A stretch of DNA of 64,000 nucleotides from an uncultured Candidatus Altimarinota bacterium (GTDB taxonomy: Bacteria > Patescibacteriota > Gracilibacteria > BD1-5 > JAGOOR01), in contig CALEVN010000026.1 in assembly GCA_937924685.1 (NCBI GenBank), positions 20,058 to 84,057 on the forward strand, in the 5' to 3' direction. Under the pieces are notes generated by a model. That model saw only the letters and a list, made by a program, of their open reading frames with translations, did no database searches and was not told where the DNA came from. Position 1 is the first letter of the stretch. Every line of letters starts with the position of its first letter. The position numbers and the translations under genes were made by a program. Of this stretch, positions 10,063 to 22,101 are shown piece after piece.

Positions 10063-10081
10063 TTTATTTCTTTAATTTTTT

Positions 10082-10855
10082 ATGAAAAAACTCCTCATTT
10101 CTTCCCTCCTCATGGTCAGTATTTTTGCTTTTGGATATACTCAAGAGGCTCTTGATAATACAAATTTTCTCGTAGAAAAAGGCCTCGTTACAAAACAAAA
10201 CGATCCAAAAAATTACCGACTTGATGATTATATAACCAGAGCTGAGCTCGTCGGTATTTCACTGAAGCTTAAAGGGGTATTTTTACCAGAAAATTATCAA
10301 TGTAAGAAGTATTTTACTGATGTAACAGGAAATGATTGGATATGTCGAGCAGTCGAAATAGCAGCAGATGAAGGACTTATTTCTCGTACAAATAAAACAT
10401 TTGATCCGCAGAGGAATATTACTCGTTCCGAATCGCTCTCTATAATATTAAAAGCTAGCGGGCTATTAGACAAAATACCTTCTGTTTTGACAAACTATAT
10501 AGACACAAACTTCGCCTTTGTTCCGCGTAATATCAATATAGCTTCTTACCTAAACACTCTCGTATCTAAAGATCCTCTCGCAAAAAACAAACGAATAATT
10601 CTAGTCGATATTCTTGATTGGCAATTTACCATCATTCAAAAGGCTCTTTATCTCAAAATAATCAATGAGCGTGATTTTATTCCCGGACATGAGCATGATT
10701 TTCTCAATGGGGCCAGTAATCCTTCATCTGATTACCATACATATGATATATGGTGGTTTCGGGAATGGTTCTTTATAAGAAGAGATGATGCATTTAAGTT
10801 TATGAAAAATACCTATAATAAACGGGAGTTAACTTCTGGCGAGGTGACTCTCTAA
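10082..10855 (+). CDS. SLH-like secreted protein (257 aa)
   Basis: Uninterrupted ORF with a signal peptide (MKKLLISSLLMVSIFAFG). It has two SLH-like half motifs: YRLDDYITRAELVGISLKL, and FTDVTGNDWICRAVEIAADEGLISRTNKTFDPQRNITRSESLSIILKA. Confidence 0.7.
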   Translation: MKKLLISSLLMVSIFAFGYTQEALDNTNFLVEKGLVTKQNDPKNYRLDDYITRAELVGISLKLKGVFLPENYQCKKYFTDVTGNDWICRAVEIAADEGLISRTNKTFDPQRNITRSESLSIILKASGLLDKIPSVLTNYIDTNFAFVPRNINIASYLNTLVSKDPLAKNKRIILVDILDWQFTIIQKALYLKIINERDFIPGHEHDFLNGASNPSSDYHTYDIWWFREWFFIRRDDAFKFMKNTYNKRELTSGEVTL

Positions 10856-10875
10856 TTCATTTTTAATTTTCATCT

Positions 10876-11463
10876 ATGAAAAAATTTTTCTTATTCGTTA
10901 TCATTATCATCATTGTAGGAGGTATGTGGCTTGTGGGACAATACAACTCCCTTGTCTCTGGTCGTGCGGGTGTCGATACTGCCTGGTCGAATGTCGAAGT
11001 ACAATATCAGCGTCGGGCTGATATCGTCCCTCAGCTTGTTGCAACCGTACAGGGTGCAGCAAATTTTGAAAAGAAAACCCTCACTGACGTGGTCGAGGCT
11101 CGAGCAAAAGCAACTTCAGTACAAGTAAACCCGACTGATGCCAACAGTCTCAAAACTTTTACAGCATCTCAGGGTGAACTCTCTAACGCTCTTTCTCGTT
11201 TACTTGTCTCTGTGGAGGCCTATCCAACACTCACTGCGACTCAAGGATTCCGGGATCTCCAGTCTCAACTCGAAGGGACGGAAAATCGCATAGCAGTAGC
11301 ACGTGGTGACTACAATAGCGTGGCAAATACTTGGAATGTGAAAGTCATGAAATTCCCAACAGTATTTTTCGCTCGTATCATGGGATTTGATAAAGCAGCT
11401 CTGTTTGATGCTGACGCTGGATCTGAGAAAGCTCCAAAAGTAGAATTTAATCTCGATAAATAG
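10876..11463 (+). CDS. lemA: LemA family protein
   Basis: N-terminal TM helix, then YNSLVSGRAGVDTAWSNVEVQYQRRADIVPQLV...LSRLLVSVEAYPTLTATQGFRDLQSQLEGTENRIAVARGDYN, which is typical of LemA. Confidence 0.85.
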   Translation: MKKFFLFVIIIIIVGGMWLVGQYNSLVSGRAGVDTAWSNVEVQYQRRADIVPQLVATVQGAANFEKKTLTDVVEARAKATSVQVNPTDANSLKTFTASQGELSNALSRLLVSVEAYPTLTATQGFRDLQSQLEGTENRIAVARGDYNSVANTWNVKVMKFPTVFFARIMGFDKAALFDADAGSEKAPKVEFNLDK

Positions 11464-11484
11464 CATTTTGAAAAGAGGAAAAAT

Positions 11485-12321
11485 ATGAAAAAATTCCTTC
11501 TTTTTTCGACTTTCGCACTTCTTTTTTTAAGTGGATATGTGAGAGGTGAATTTATCGCGCCTCCACTTCCCTCTTCCCCTGTGTATGATGAAGTCATTTT
11601 ATTAAAAGCTGACGAAAAGACATCACTTGAACAACAAATACTCACCCTCGAGTCATCGACTCATCACCAAATAGGTATAGCCATAATAAAAAGTCTTCAA
11701 GGAAGAACGATAGAGGAAGCAGGTATAGCGATAGCTCGTACCTGGTGAATCGGACAAAAAGGCCTCGATAATGGACTTTTAATAGTGATAGCCCCAACGG
11801 AACGAGAAATGCGTATTGAAGTCGGTCGATGACTCGAATGAATCATAACAGATTTGATGTCTCAGAGAGTAATTGATGAAAATTTTAAACCAAATTTTCA
11901 AAATGGAAACTATGCTGCTGGCCTTACAGAAGGAATCGAACGTATATCTCCACTCCTCCGTGGTGAAGTTGTCGATCTTCCTGAACAAGAAAGCGAACAG
12001 CCTCCCTATATTTTTATCATCATAATCGGATTATGGATGTTTGGAAGTGTACTTTCTTCAACAAAATCCTGGTGGCTTGGTGGAGTTTTTGGTGCTATTA
12101 TTTGAGGAATTCTCTGATCCATAAGTGGGGTTTTGGTTGGTGGACTTCTTGGGCTTGGGATAGACTTTCTCTTGTCCACTGTACTGTACAAGAAAATCAG
12201 ATTTGGGTCTTCAGGTGGACGTTTTTGAGGGGGGTGATTCGGCGGAGGAAGTTCCGGGGGCGGTTGGGGTGGTTTTGGAGGTGGCTGATTCTGAGGAGGA
12301 TGAGCAAGTGGCAAATGGTAA
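11485..12321 (+). CDS. TPM-domain (YgcG-like) membrane protein with a Gly-rich tail
   Basis: Joins track ORFs 11485..11748 and 11854..12105 (frame 1), ending at TAA 12319-12321 with ten TGAs. It has a TPM-like core (HQIGIAIIKSL...GLLIVIAPTEREMRIEVGR), a TM helix, and the tail GGRF-G-GG-G-FGGGSSGGGWGGFGGG-G-F-G-GG-G-ASGKW. Confidence 0.8.
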
Positions 12322-12419
12322 AATAGAAAATATAAAAGTCAATACTCTTCCCTCTCTAAATAGTGTCTAGGAACTTTGAATTACGGGGCAATATCTGATA
12401 CGATGTTGATATAGAATTC

Positions 12420-15400
12420 ATGAAAAAAGCACTTATTCTCATATTCCTCGCCATTGGAGCAACTCTTTGTTTTGACGCACTCGCTCAGACGTGGTCATTT
12501 AGCTGTAATGGCAACAACTGTCTCAAAGCAGGTGTGGATGCAGCAGGACAATACATAGGGAAAAGCTCTGGGGTTGTCACTGGGAAAGGAATTTCTCAAG
12601 CAGTCCAGGATGTTATCAAATACTTTCTAACATTTCTTTCTGTCATCGCCGTTATCTACATCATGTGGGCTGGTGCTCAGATGCTCCTCTTTCCCTCAAG
12701 TGAAGAATCAAGCGAAAAAACAAAGAAGATTATTATCTCCGTCTTTCTCGGTGTCATCATTATCTGGTTTGCGTGGTGGATAGTGAGTACACTCTTTTAC
12801 CTTCTCAATAACAACAAGGTTGTCTCAAACATAGTACCAAAAGCCTACGCTGAAACTCAAATCCGAAATATTGACTTCACTACCTATAGCAACAAAATAC
12901 GTGCCCTCAAGACACAAATTACAAACGGCTATAATCCAGAAATAACAAAACAACTCAATATACTGGTCGATGGCGCATTTGATCATCTTCCTGACCGTGC
13001 AGATATTTTTGTAAATAGACAGCTCTATGACAAGGTCAAAAAGGCAATTGCCGACTACGATCTCCATCGGGCCGAGATAGATCGTGGCATTCTCGAAAAT
13101 GCTATTGATGAATTTCTTGAACGTGCAAAAACATTTTCTATCCAAGGACAAATAGGTTCCAATCCACCAAAAGGAGATGCTCCTCTTTCAGTAACTCTCG
13201 AAGCGCGAAATATGATTGATGAGAGTGGTACGGTCATTCCGGAAACAAATTTCAGTTGGTGGCTCCGCACTCCTGATGGACCAAAAGTTCTCTGACATGG
13301 AAAAACCATCAACTATGAATTTAAGGATGAAGGAACATTCACAGTCTATCTTACCGTTAATTCTGCGAGCAAAAATAGTCGTGGTTTTACTGATGTAATA
13401 AGCTTTGAAGATCAAACCATCATAGAAGTAGGACAACCAAAACTCAAATGGGTCATATTTTTCAACGAACAACTCGCATCAGATTCAATGAAAATACCAA
13501 CCCGAGATGCCTTGCAAAAAGTACTCATCGATGCAACTCAAACAAAATTCTCTAATGGATATACGATAGCCAAGACTGAATGGGACTTTGGTAATGGTAA
13601 GTGAGCCTCTCATGAATGAGTTCCTATCATAGAAGCTCAGGATTACAAAGAAGGAGATTTTAATGTAAAATTGACCCTCACTCGAAATGATGGAGAAACA
13701 TTTTCAAAAACTATCACGCTCAAGATAGGTGATCCTATAGCATCTATTGGTATCAACAATACCAAACCAAATAAAGGAGAAACTGTCGTATTTGAAGCAA
13801 AAAAAGCAACACAAGAAGGAGTTCAATATTCATGGGAAATTCGAAAATTTGGTGTAGAACAGCCTATCTTTTCGATGACAGGCCCTCGCATGGAGTATGC
13901 ATTTAAGGAAATAGGCCGTTTTAGTATAGCTCTGCTTTCAAGTAAAAGTGGTGTAATAGATAAGGAAACAGTGGAGGTAAATATCGAATCTCGTCCGCCA
14001 GTTGTACGATTTCTCGCAGAACCTCTCGGTCCAGAAACGCCAAATACATATACATTCGATGGTACTTCTACCTACGATCCTGATTATCCAGACAATCAAA
14101 GTCTAAAATACGAGTGGTTTGTGAATGATCGACCCGTAGAACTTTTTGATACCAATTCAGCTAATAGTCGATGAAATTTCACTTTTACCGAAATAGGAAC
14201 ACATCAGGTTGAGCTTCATGTCGTTGATGAAGAAGGGAAGTCGTCTGTATTTAAGAAAGCTATCACTATCAAGAGTCTCCTCTCTATAGATCTGAATATC
14301 AAACCTCAAGTAGCAAAACGAGGAGGAAAGGTAATACTCAGTGCCAACGCTAATAATGGAAACATTTACGAATGGACAATTGGATCAAAAGATACAACTG
14401 TCACAGAAACTGGTAGACATATTGTCTCTTTTGAAAAATCAGGCACATATCCTGTCACTCTCAAGGTAACAGACAGATATGGAAATATCAATTCTATTCA
14501 GAGAAAAATATACATCGTTGATGGCGATGCTCCATTTGCGGTCATACAGCTCTCCACTAAAAGCCTCCTTTCAGAAACACAAAAATGAGCATGTAGTGGA
14601 AATGACGCACTCATAGTAGACAGAGTAACTCCGGTGTCGCTCGTGGGTGACAAAAGTGTCAATGTTGGAGGCGGGACAACTGATCTTACATATTTCTGGA
14701 AAGTCTGATTGAATTCGAGTTCTTCTCAGAAAAATTTCTCTCATACTTTTGATGAACTTGGATGTGAAAAAATCACTCTCACTGTCAACGATAAGAAAAC
14801 AGGAGCATCTCAAACATCAGAAGAATGGGTCAAAGTCGTCAACATACCACCAAAATTCTCCGATATTCAGGTCAAAGTAGAAAACATTGATATGGATCCT
14901 ATGCGTATAAGCCTCCGTATGGAAGGAGCAAAAGATCCAGACGGAAATATAGCTTCATATACATGGTATTACTATACCAGTACTGACGAGCAACCTCAGG
15001 GATTCCGTATTACGACAAAACCAGAAACGAGTTTTACCCTCCCAAAAATAAACGGTCGATATTACTTCTCTGTTGTTATGGAGGACGCAAATGGTCTCAA
15101 AGTAGACACGCGTGATATATCAGAAGAAAAATTCTCGACTCCAGATCTTCTCGTCAATCAAAATATCTCAATGCCTATCATTGACTTCAAAGCAAATGGA
15201 ACTGACATAAAATATGGCGAACCGGTCGAGTTTTCTGTGAATGTGAAAAATGCGCTTGGACAAGATATATCAAAAGCAGCAGAATATCGATGGGATATAG
15301 ATGGCGATGGTTTTTATGATACAAAGACGTCTGATCCTCATTTTACCTATAAATACACGATACCGGGCGAATATCATCCAAAAGTAAAAGTCACTCATCG

Positions 15401-17633
15401 TGGTCTCTCAACAACCAAATTCATCACACTTAATGTCGTCAATCGTCTCAACCCTCAGGCTGCCATACAGGTTATAGGCGATAAAATAGTAGCCTATAAT
15501 ATGTCGACAGGCATCGTACAAAGTGTTGCATGGTTTGCGGACGATAAAAAAGTCTCAGAGAATAAGGACTATCTCATCTATTCAGTAAGTGATGGAACTT
15601 TTCCTACATCTATAAAAATACAAATCTCTGATGGAAAAGATACACAAGAGGCGACATTTCCTATAGCCCGAAATGCCAAAAATAAAACACTTTTGAAAAA
15701 AATAGAAAAGCCACTTATCGTGCTCACAAATGACACCAATGGTAATGTAGAAGAAGTACCTGACAACGTCATATGGAAGGATCCTCTCAAGCCTCTCTTT
15801 TTCTATCTCGGTGAATCGACAGGTGATATTCAATTTTATGCAATAGATAATGACATAGACATCGACACTGATCTGTCTGGCGGAAAAGATGATGACGCTG
15901 ATAATAAAGGGACAGCTTCATACAGAATGGGGCGCCCATACTCAGTCCCTATGGGAACAAAGCGTACAACGATTATGCGTCTTCGACTTCTCAAAAGTGA
16001 CGGAACAGAGATTGATTCGAGACAGATACGTGTCACTCGTGACTTTATAGCACCGATTGTAGATACAGAAAATCCAACTACAGTGATAAAATCACCGCAG
16101 GTATTCAATCTCTCAGCAGAAGATAAAGCACGTCTCGATAAACTTCAGGGTTTAGTTCAAAATGTACCTGATGAAGAACGAAAAGACCTCACACGCTACC
16201 TCGACCAACTTGGAGATATCTGGTATGACCGTGCTGATAGAGCTGAAACTCTTCTCCAGTTTTCACAAGCAGTAAATATCAGCAAATCTATGTCACCTGA
16301 GCTCAAGACTCGTATTCTTGAACAAGTAAACCTCATCTATACCCAGGGACAACAGGATGCACAAGAAAAGGAAATCGCCAAGAAAATGATCGCAGATTTT
16401 CTCGCAAAAAGCTCATATAAGAAAGAAATATTTGGCGATGGTACTGATAGTAATAGTGGGTTACTTGGCCAAATCATAGATAATCCCGAATACTATGAGC
16501 AAAATAAATCTATCGTCCAAAAAATATATGATGATTATATAAAATTCGATAAACAAATTTCTGATGAAGCAAAAGCCGTCATAAAAGATAAGCTCACGAT
16601 GCTTATAGGAAACCCTCCTGTTCAGACTACTACTCCGCCACCAGTCGTCACAGAAGAAAAAGTATCTCTATGGACAAAAATACAAACGAAGGTAACGGCC
16701 ATAGTAGGGGATAAAGGTCCTATTATTCTCTGGATTGGTATAGCAGTTATAGGTCTTCTCGGTCTCATGGTACTCGTCAAACTTTTCAGCGGATCAAGTC
16801 GTAGTACTTCTCATGAGAATGACCATCATGACGATCACAACGGAGGTCTCTCGACAACACCAGAAAATAATCATGGTCCAGACTGGCTCCATGCAGATGA
16901 TCAACATAATGATCACCACGACAATCATAGTACAGAATGAGATAGCCATGCTACAACTCCAGACTGGCTCAAGGAGACAGAATCTCCATTTGGCGAGGAA
17001 GACGTCCTTTCAAAGGAAGTCGCTGCCACAACAATTCACAATGATACAACAATCAAAACACCTGATTGGATGCACGACGAAACACACGTAACTCCGTCTG
17101 CACCAGAAAAAAAAGCAGAAACAGCTTCTGCTGATGTACCAGCTTGGTTACAGTCTGCACCAGAAACAGACACCAAAGCCCCCGTAGAAACAGTATCAAT
17201 TCCAGAAATACCAGCAGACACAACACCTCCTGCTGTCAGTCATGATGATGTCCCTGATTGGCTCAAATGAGCTGAACACACAGAGACAATAGATGAAACA
17301 AAAGAAACAGATGATTCATCAGCCCTCTTTGAAACAGAAAAAACATGAACAGATGATACCACTCCAGTTTCATCAACACCATCTCCATCGACTTCAGAAT
17401 CATCTGATCTTCCTGATTGGCTTGCATGAACTCATAACACAGAAAATGCAACTCCAGAAACTTGAAATATCACAGAACCAAAAGACAATAATGAGACATC
17501 TCAAGTACCTGCACCAAAACAGTCAAAAAAATCATCAAAAAAAGATGAACAATTGACGCCAGGAAACCATCTCATTGGGGCAGCAGAAGAGCTCATAGCG
17601 CCTGAATCAGATACTGATAACACTTCTACTTAA
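12420..17633 (+). CDS. giant (1737 aa) surface protein: signal peptide, two-TM pilin-like module, PKD-like repeat array, TM anchor, His/Asp-rich and PDWL-repeat tail
   Basis: I checked frame 0 codon by codon between track ORFs 12420..13295, 13671..14174, 14709..16940 and 17070..17270. Only TGA interrupts it, and it ends at TAA 17631-17633. PKD-like motifs include EWDFGNGK, YEWFVNDRP and YRWDIDGDGFYD. The TM anchor is IILWIGIAVIGLLGLMVLVKLF. Confidence 0.8.
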
Positions 17634-17638
17634 ATTTC

Positions 17639-19975
17639 ATGATTGCTATACGTCCATCAACCCCGTCTCCAAAACCAGAAAAGGAAACAAAAAAATCCAT
17701 CTGGTCAAGTATTGCAGCATATACAGCAAATGATCAGGATTACACTCCGGCACTCAAAATCAGTAAATCACCAAGCGCACCGAAAAAACGACATTTTCTG
17801 AGAAACATTCGAGCTGCATTAACCATTCTTATTATTGGTTATTTGCTCTTGTGTGCATACGTGTTACTTAATCCTGAGAATGCACTCTTCTTCAATAATA
17901 TTCTCGGTGTCCAATATCTCACAGTTCGTACTGTTTTGGAGTATACCATTTATGTGTTTTACAGTGCATTTGGTATCATTATTGGTTTTGGATTTCTCTT
18001 TTTTGGATTCAAAGCCTTCTCTATTCGTACCAAAAGCCGCGCAAAACGAATCAATATATGGATAATAACAGTATTTTTCTGTTTGATATTTTTCGCAAAT
18101 ATTGCTCTTTTTGCAGTGACATATGAATGGTTTCGAAGAATTGATTTCAACAATCTCGATGGACGAGTACTTGTCTATAATAACTCTCTTTTGAAGTATT
18201 TGAAGCCAACCGACGTGTCGACAGCTCTCATACCAAATGATGTCAAAATAGGACCACTTCAGGTCAGATATGATATCAGTGCATATATCAAAAAACGTGC
18301 ATTTCTCGAAGGTCTCGTTCTCACCGAACCATATACATTTGAGATTGATTATGATGGCGATCGTCGACCAGATAGAGGAACAGGGAAGAGTAACTCTATC
18401 GATCATCCAATCACTGATGTAGATTTTGCACCTATTATATCACCTGAATTCACCTACGATCAGGCAAAAGTTTACAAACCAACTGCGAGCATTTCAGGTA
18501 CAAATGTCGCCGGTAAACCTATCAAGTTCGATCTCGATATACCTGCTATCTCTCTTGATAAAATCGTAAAAATTGGACGTAATCTCATGCCAGATGGTGG
18601 CATCCAATACACCTTTGATGCTGTCGATCTCAGCGATCTCGGTCAAGTTCGTTGGACTGTACTTGGAGACTCAAATATGACCAAGGATGGTTATCAATTT
18701 TCTCCCGATAAAATATTTGTAACACCAACTATTGTTTGTCTCCAGATCTTTCGAGGAAAAGCTCCTCTCAGCAATACCTGTGATTGGCAATTCGTCACAG
18801 AAGAAAGTACAAAAAGTAATATACAAAATACCGATATCGCCGTCAAAGTAGACCCTATTAATCCTCTCAAATACCAGTTTTCGGTGAGCCCAACAACTAT
18901 CCAGTGAGATATAAAAACAATCAATTGGTATATTGATGGGCAAATTTATGTTGGTAAATTTGATTCATGATTTGAGCGCATATTTGATTATACATTTCAC
19001 CGACCAGGAACATATAAAATAGAGGCTGAAATAATAGATACCCTTGGAAATACCGTCCGCGTACCAACTACAAATCCGATTTATACTGCAGATATGGTTG
19101 AACTCAAAGACGGTTTTTCTCTGAGTGTCACCGATGAGTCTGGTACAGATCTTATCAAAGACACCTATGATAAGGCAACCCAATCGTATCTATTGCAAGA
19201 TTTCCCAGTGCCAGGAATTCTCAAACTCGATGGAACGAGAGTGAGGGCCAATTCAGCACGATTACGACTCACAAAAGTCGAGTGGGATACAAATAATGAC
19301 GGCGTCTATGAATCCGAATGACTCTCTCTAGAACACCCTATCGATGTTCCTGGTCGGTACGATATTCGCGCTCGATTTACCTTTACTGACCTCTCTGTTG
19401 ATGGGAAAGATATACCTATCTATCATATAGATCGTATAGCCGTTGTTGGTGTACAAAAACCTCTCGATGTACGAGTAAAAATCACTCCTGATGATGGGTA
19501 CGCACCAACTTCAGTCAAATTTGATGCTTCTATCTCAAAAATACAGAAATGAAATATTCGTAAATTTCTCTATGATTTTGGCGATGGACATAAGTATGAA
19601 TGAGAAGGTGTCGTCACAACCTATAAATATAACAAACCTGGCGAATACAAGATCACTGTCACAGCCGTCTCAAACACTGGCCTCCGTGCATCAAAAACCT
19701 ATACACTTATTCTCAAAAAACCACAAGAAAATGTACATATACAGCCCAGCATTGCCTCTAATCTGGCAGAAGCAGGACTTCCTGTCACATTTGACGCACA
19801 GATAAAATGAGATAACGCAACAATTTTTTGGGACTTCGGGGATGGCTCTGGTATAGTAACAGGGCAGAGTCCTGTACACGAGTTTGCCGATCCAGGAACA
19901 TACACAGTCAAGGTACGCGTCGAATATGCAACAGGAATAGAGGAAAGTGATAGCATCTCCTACATCGTTCATTAA
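17639..19975 (+). CDS. polytopic membrane protein with a PKD-domain ectodomain (778 aa)
   Basis: ATG at 17639, 5 nt after the previous stop. Frame 2 joins track ORFs 17639..18907 and 19094..19321 and ends at TAA 19973-19975. It has four N-terminal TM helices. The C-terminal PKD signatures are LYDFGDGHKYEGEGVVTTYKYNKPGEYKITVTAVSNTG and IFWDFGDGSGIVTGQSPVHEFADPGTYTVKVRVEY. Confidence 0.8.
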
Positions 19976-19980
19976 ATACT

Positions 19981-21048
19981 ATGCATATTTCTCTTTTTAT
20001 TCAGTTTTTTACGACATACTGGTTGCCATTGTTGATTATCACTATTGGTGGACTTATCTATACAAGCATAGTTCTCTGGGCTGCAAAGATAAAAAAATGA
20101 CAAGCTCTCACACTTTTTTTGACGGGTATCATCGTTATTACCTGTATCTTTCTCCCGTTTAACTGGTCGATTCAAAATTCAGGAAGTGGCAAGGAAGTTT
20201 CTCTCTTCTTTTTCCAGGTAAATATTGAGGGGAGTAATTTCATCTCCATTTTGAAGAACGCACTCTCCCACAATGGACTCGTACAAACTATTCAACTCTC
20301 ATTTCGAGAGAGGGATATAGCGAGCGATATTATCGTTCTCTTTTTAGCATTTCTCGAAGAATTAGCAAAGCTCACTCTCTTGATCCTCTGTATTAGAAAA
20401 AGTCTCAGAATGCCTGTCATCATCGTTTATCTCATATTAGTTTATTCTCTCTTTCATAAGCTTGATGGTGTGAATTCAACGCTTACCATGGGAGCTATGG
20501 GTATAGGAAGTTTTGTTGGACTCATTATTCTCTGGACTCTTTTGAGTACACCTATACGCACTGAAAGTGTCGCTGATTATATTTACAGCATCGCTCTTGT
20601 AGCGCTCGGTTTTGCCTTTGCAGAAAATATCAAATACATGATAGACATATCAAATCATGGTGGAAGTCTCGACAGCATTACAAACAATGCCATCCTCCGA
20701 TCCATTTTTGGATACCTCTCACATACATTCTTTAGTATGGTATGTGTGTCTTTGTATGCTCGAGGGAGATTTGCCTTCTTACGACTCATCGACGATTCTG
20801 GGAACCTTTCTCTCGGTCAAAAAGCCCTTGGGTGGAAAAACTACACCAGTATCAAGAGTATTCAGTGATTTTGGACTGGTGTTATCTGTGCCAGCATCAT
20901 CCATGGCGTCTACAATATTTTCATTTCTTCAAATGTTCTTATTCCCTCAATCATCCTGATTGTCGGGTTTCTCTTTCTCGAGCTCTTCGTTCTGCACGAT
21001 CTCAGAAACAATACCAAGTACGGGCATATAGAGAATTATATGCAGTAA
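19981..21048 (+). CDS. PrsW-family intramembrane metalloprotease-like protein
   Basis: ATG at 19981, 5 nt after the previous stop. Frame 1 joins to track ORF 20119..20868 and ends at TAA 21046-21048. It is multi-TM and carries the PrsW-type motifs FLEELAKL (EExxK), ALGFAFAENIKY (FAxxEN), LSHTFFS and IIHGVYN. Confidence 0.65.
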
Positions 21049-21109
21049 TGATTTAAATTTACATTTGCAATTAAAAAATATTATTTATAGTATATAAAAT
21101 ATTATAAAT

Positions 21110-22096
21110 ATGTCTACACCAGATGAGGGCTTACCTATTAAGCCATGACGTGAAAATGATGTCCGTAATTTAGGTCTTCAAATTCATGCCATGGGGGTAA
21201 GAAAAAGATTGGAAACTATCATGAAATGAGATGATATCGAGAAAATTGTAGAAACAGCAACACAAATCTGTGAAAGATGAGTAGGCATCTCAGCAATAAT
21301 GATTGCAGAGCAAAGAACTCAAATGATCCAAATGGATGCTGTACTAAGTGGTATGAATAACCACGAAAAGACTCAGTTTGTAATGTGGAAACTCGCCATA
21401 CACCCTGAAGAAACAGCTCTCTGATATCCTTGGAGACCAGAACATGAAGATAAAATGACAGAAGCGTATTATACAATGATATGATATATGGTGGAAAATG
21501 GTCTCTTTGACGTATCAAGTCTTAAAGTAGATTGCTACGAAAAGCTCTGAAACATCTACGATTTGGTTGATAAAATAAATAGAGAAATAGATTCTCCTGA
21601 AATAGATATACTGATAGAAACTCTCAAGAAAGAATTGGTCGATTTTTGAGTAGATAAATGAGCAATATCATTCTTACTTCCGGAAAATAAATTTGAAGCT
21701 TTTAGGGCATGTTTAGCACTCTGGACTATAACAAAAATAATAGAGGGCACTTGAAATAAGAAATTTTCAAAACTTGAAAACAAAACCAAGACTATTGATG
21801 GGCATGGTTTTTCTATATGATGCAATCAGGTACAGCCATTGGCGTTTATGATTTCGCTGGAATTCCTTCTCCCTGACTGAGAAGGAGCAAGCACTAGAAA
21901 TGATTTTGAGCCAAATCAGATGAAGGATTTCGTAAATGCATGTTTAGGGAAATTATTAACCCCCGATGGGAAAAATTTCATTGAAATATGTTTTTGAAAT
22001 GCTGTGGAGAGCCTTATCATTCGAACTAATTCAGAACCTCTCGATACAGACGCAGAAAAAATAAAAAAATTGATGAGGGGAAATCTCGGCGAATAA
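21110..22096 (+). CDS. hypothetical soluble protein (328 aa), invisible under the standard code
   Basis: ATG at 21110 and TAA at 22094-22096. Frame 2 is interrupted only by 12 TGA codons, so the + strand shows no track ORF of 60 aa or more here. The translated sequence is non-repetitive and protein-like. I recognise no family. Confidence 0.6.
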
Positions 22097-22101
22097 TAAA
22101 T

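Noticed and set aside
12006-12314. Pro-rich ORF on the minus strand (PPQNQPPPKPPQPPPELPPP...).
   Set aside because: It is the reverse complement of the Gly-rich (GGN/TGA) tail of the TPM-domain gene, so the proline run is a mirror artefact.
21713-21721. Exact CIRCE half-site TTAGCACTC inside the 21110-22096 gene.
   Set aside because: There is no matching GAGTGCTAA arm 9 nt downstream. A single 9-mer inside a coding region is best treated as chance.
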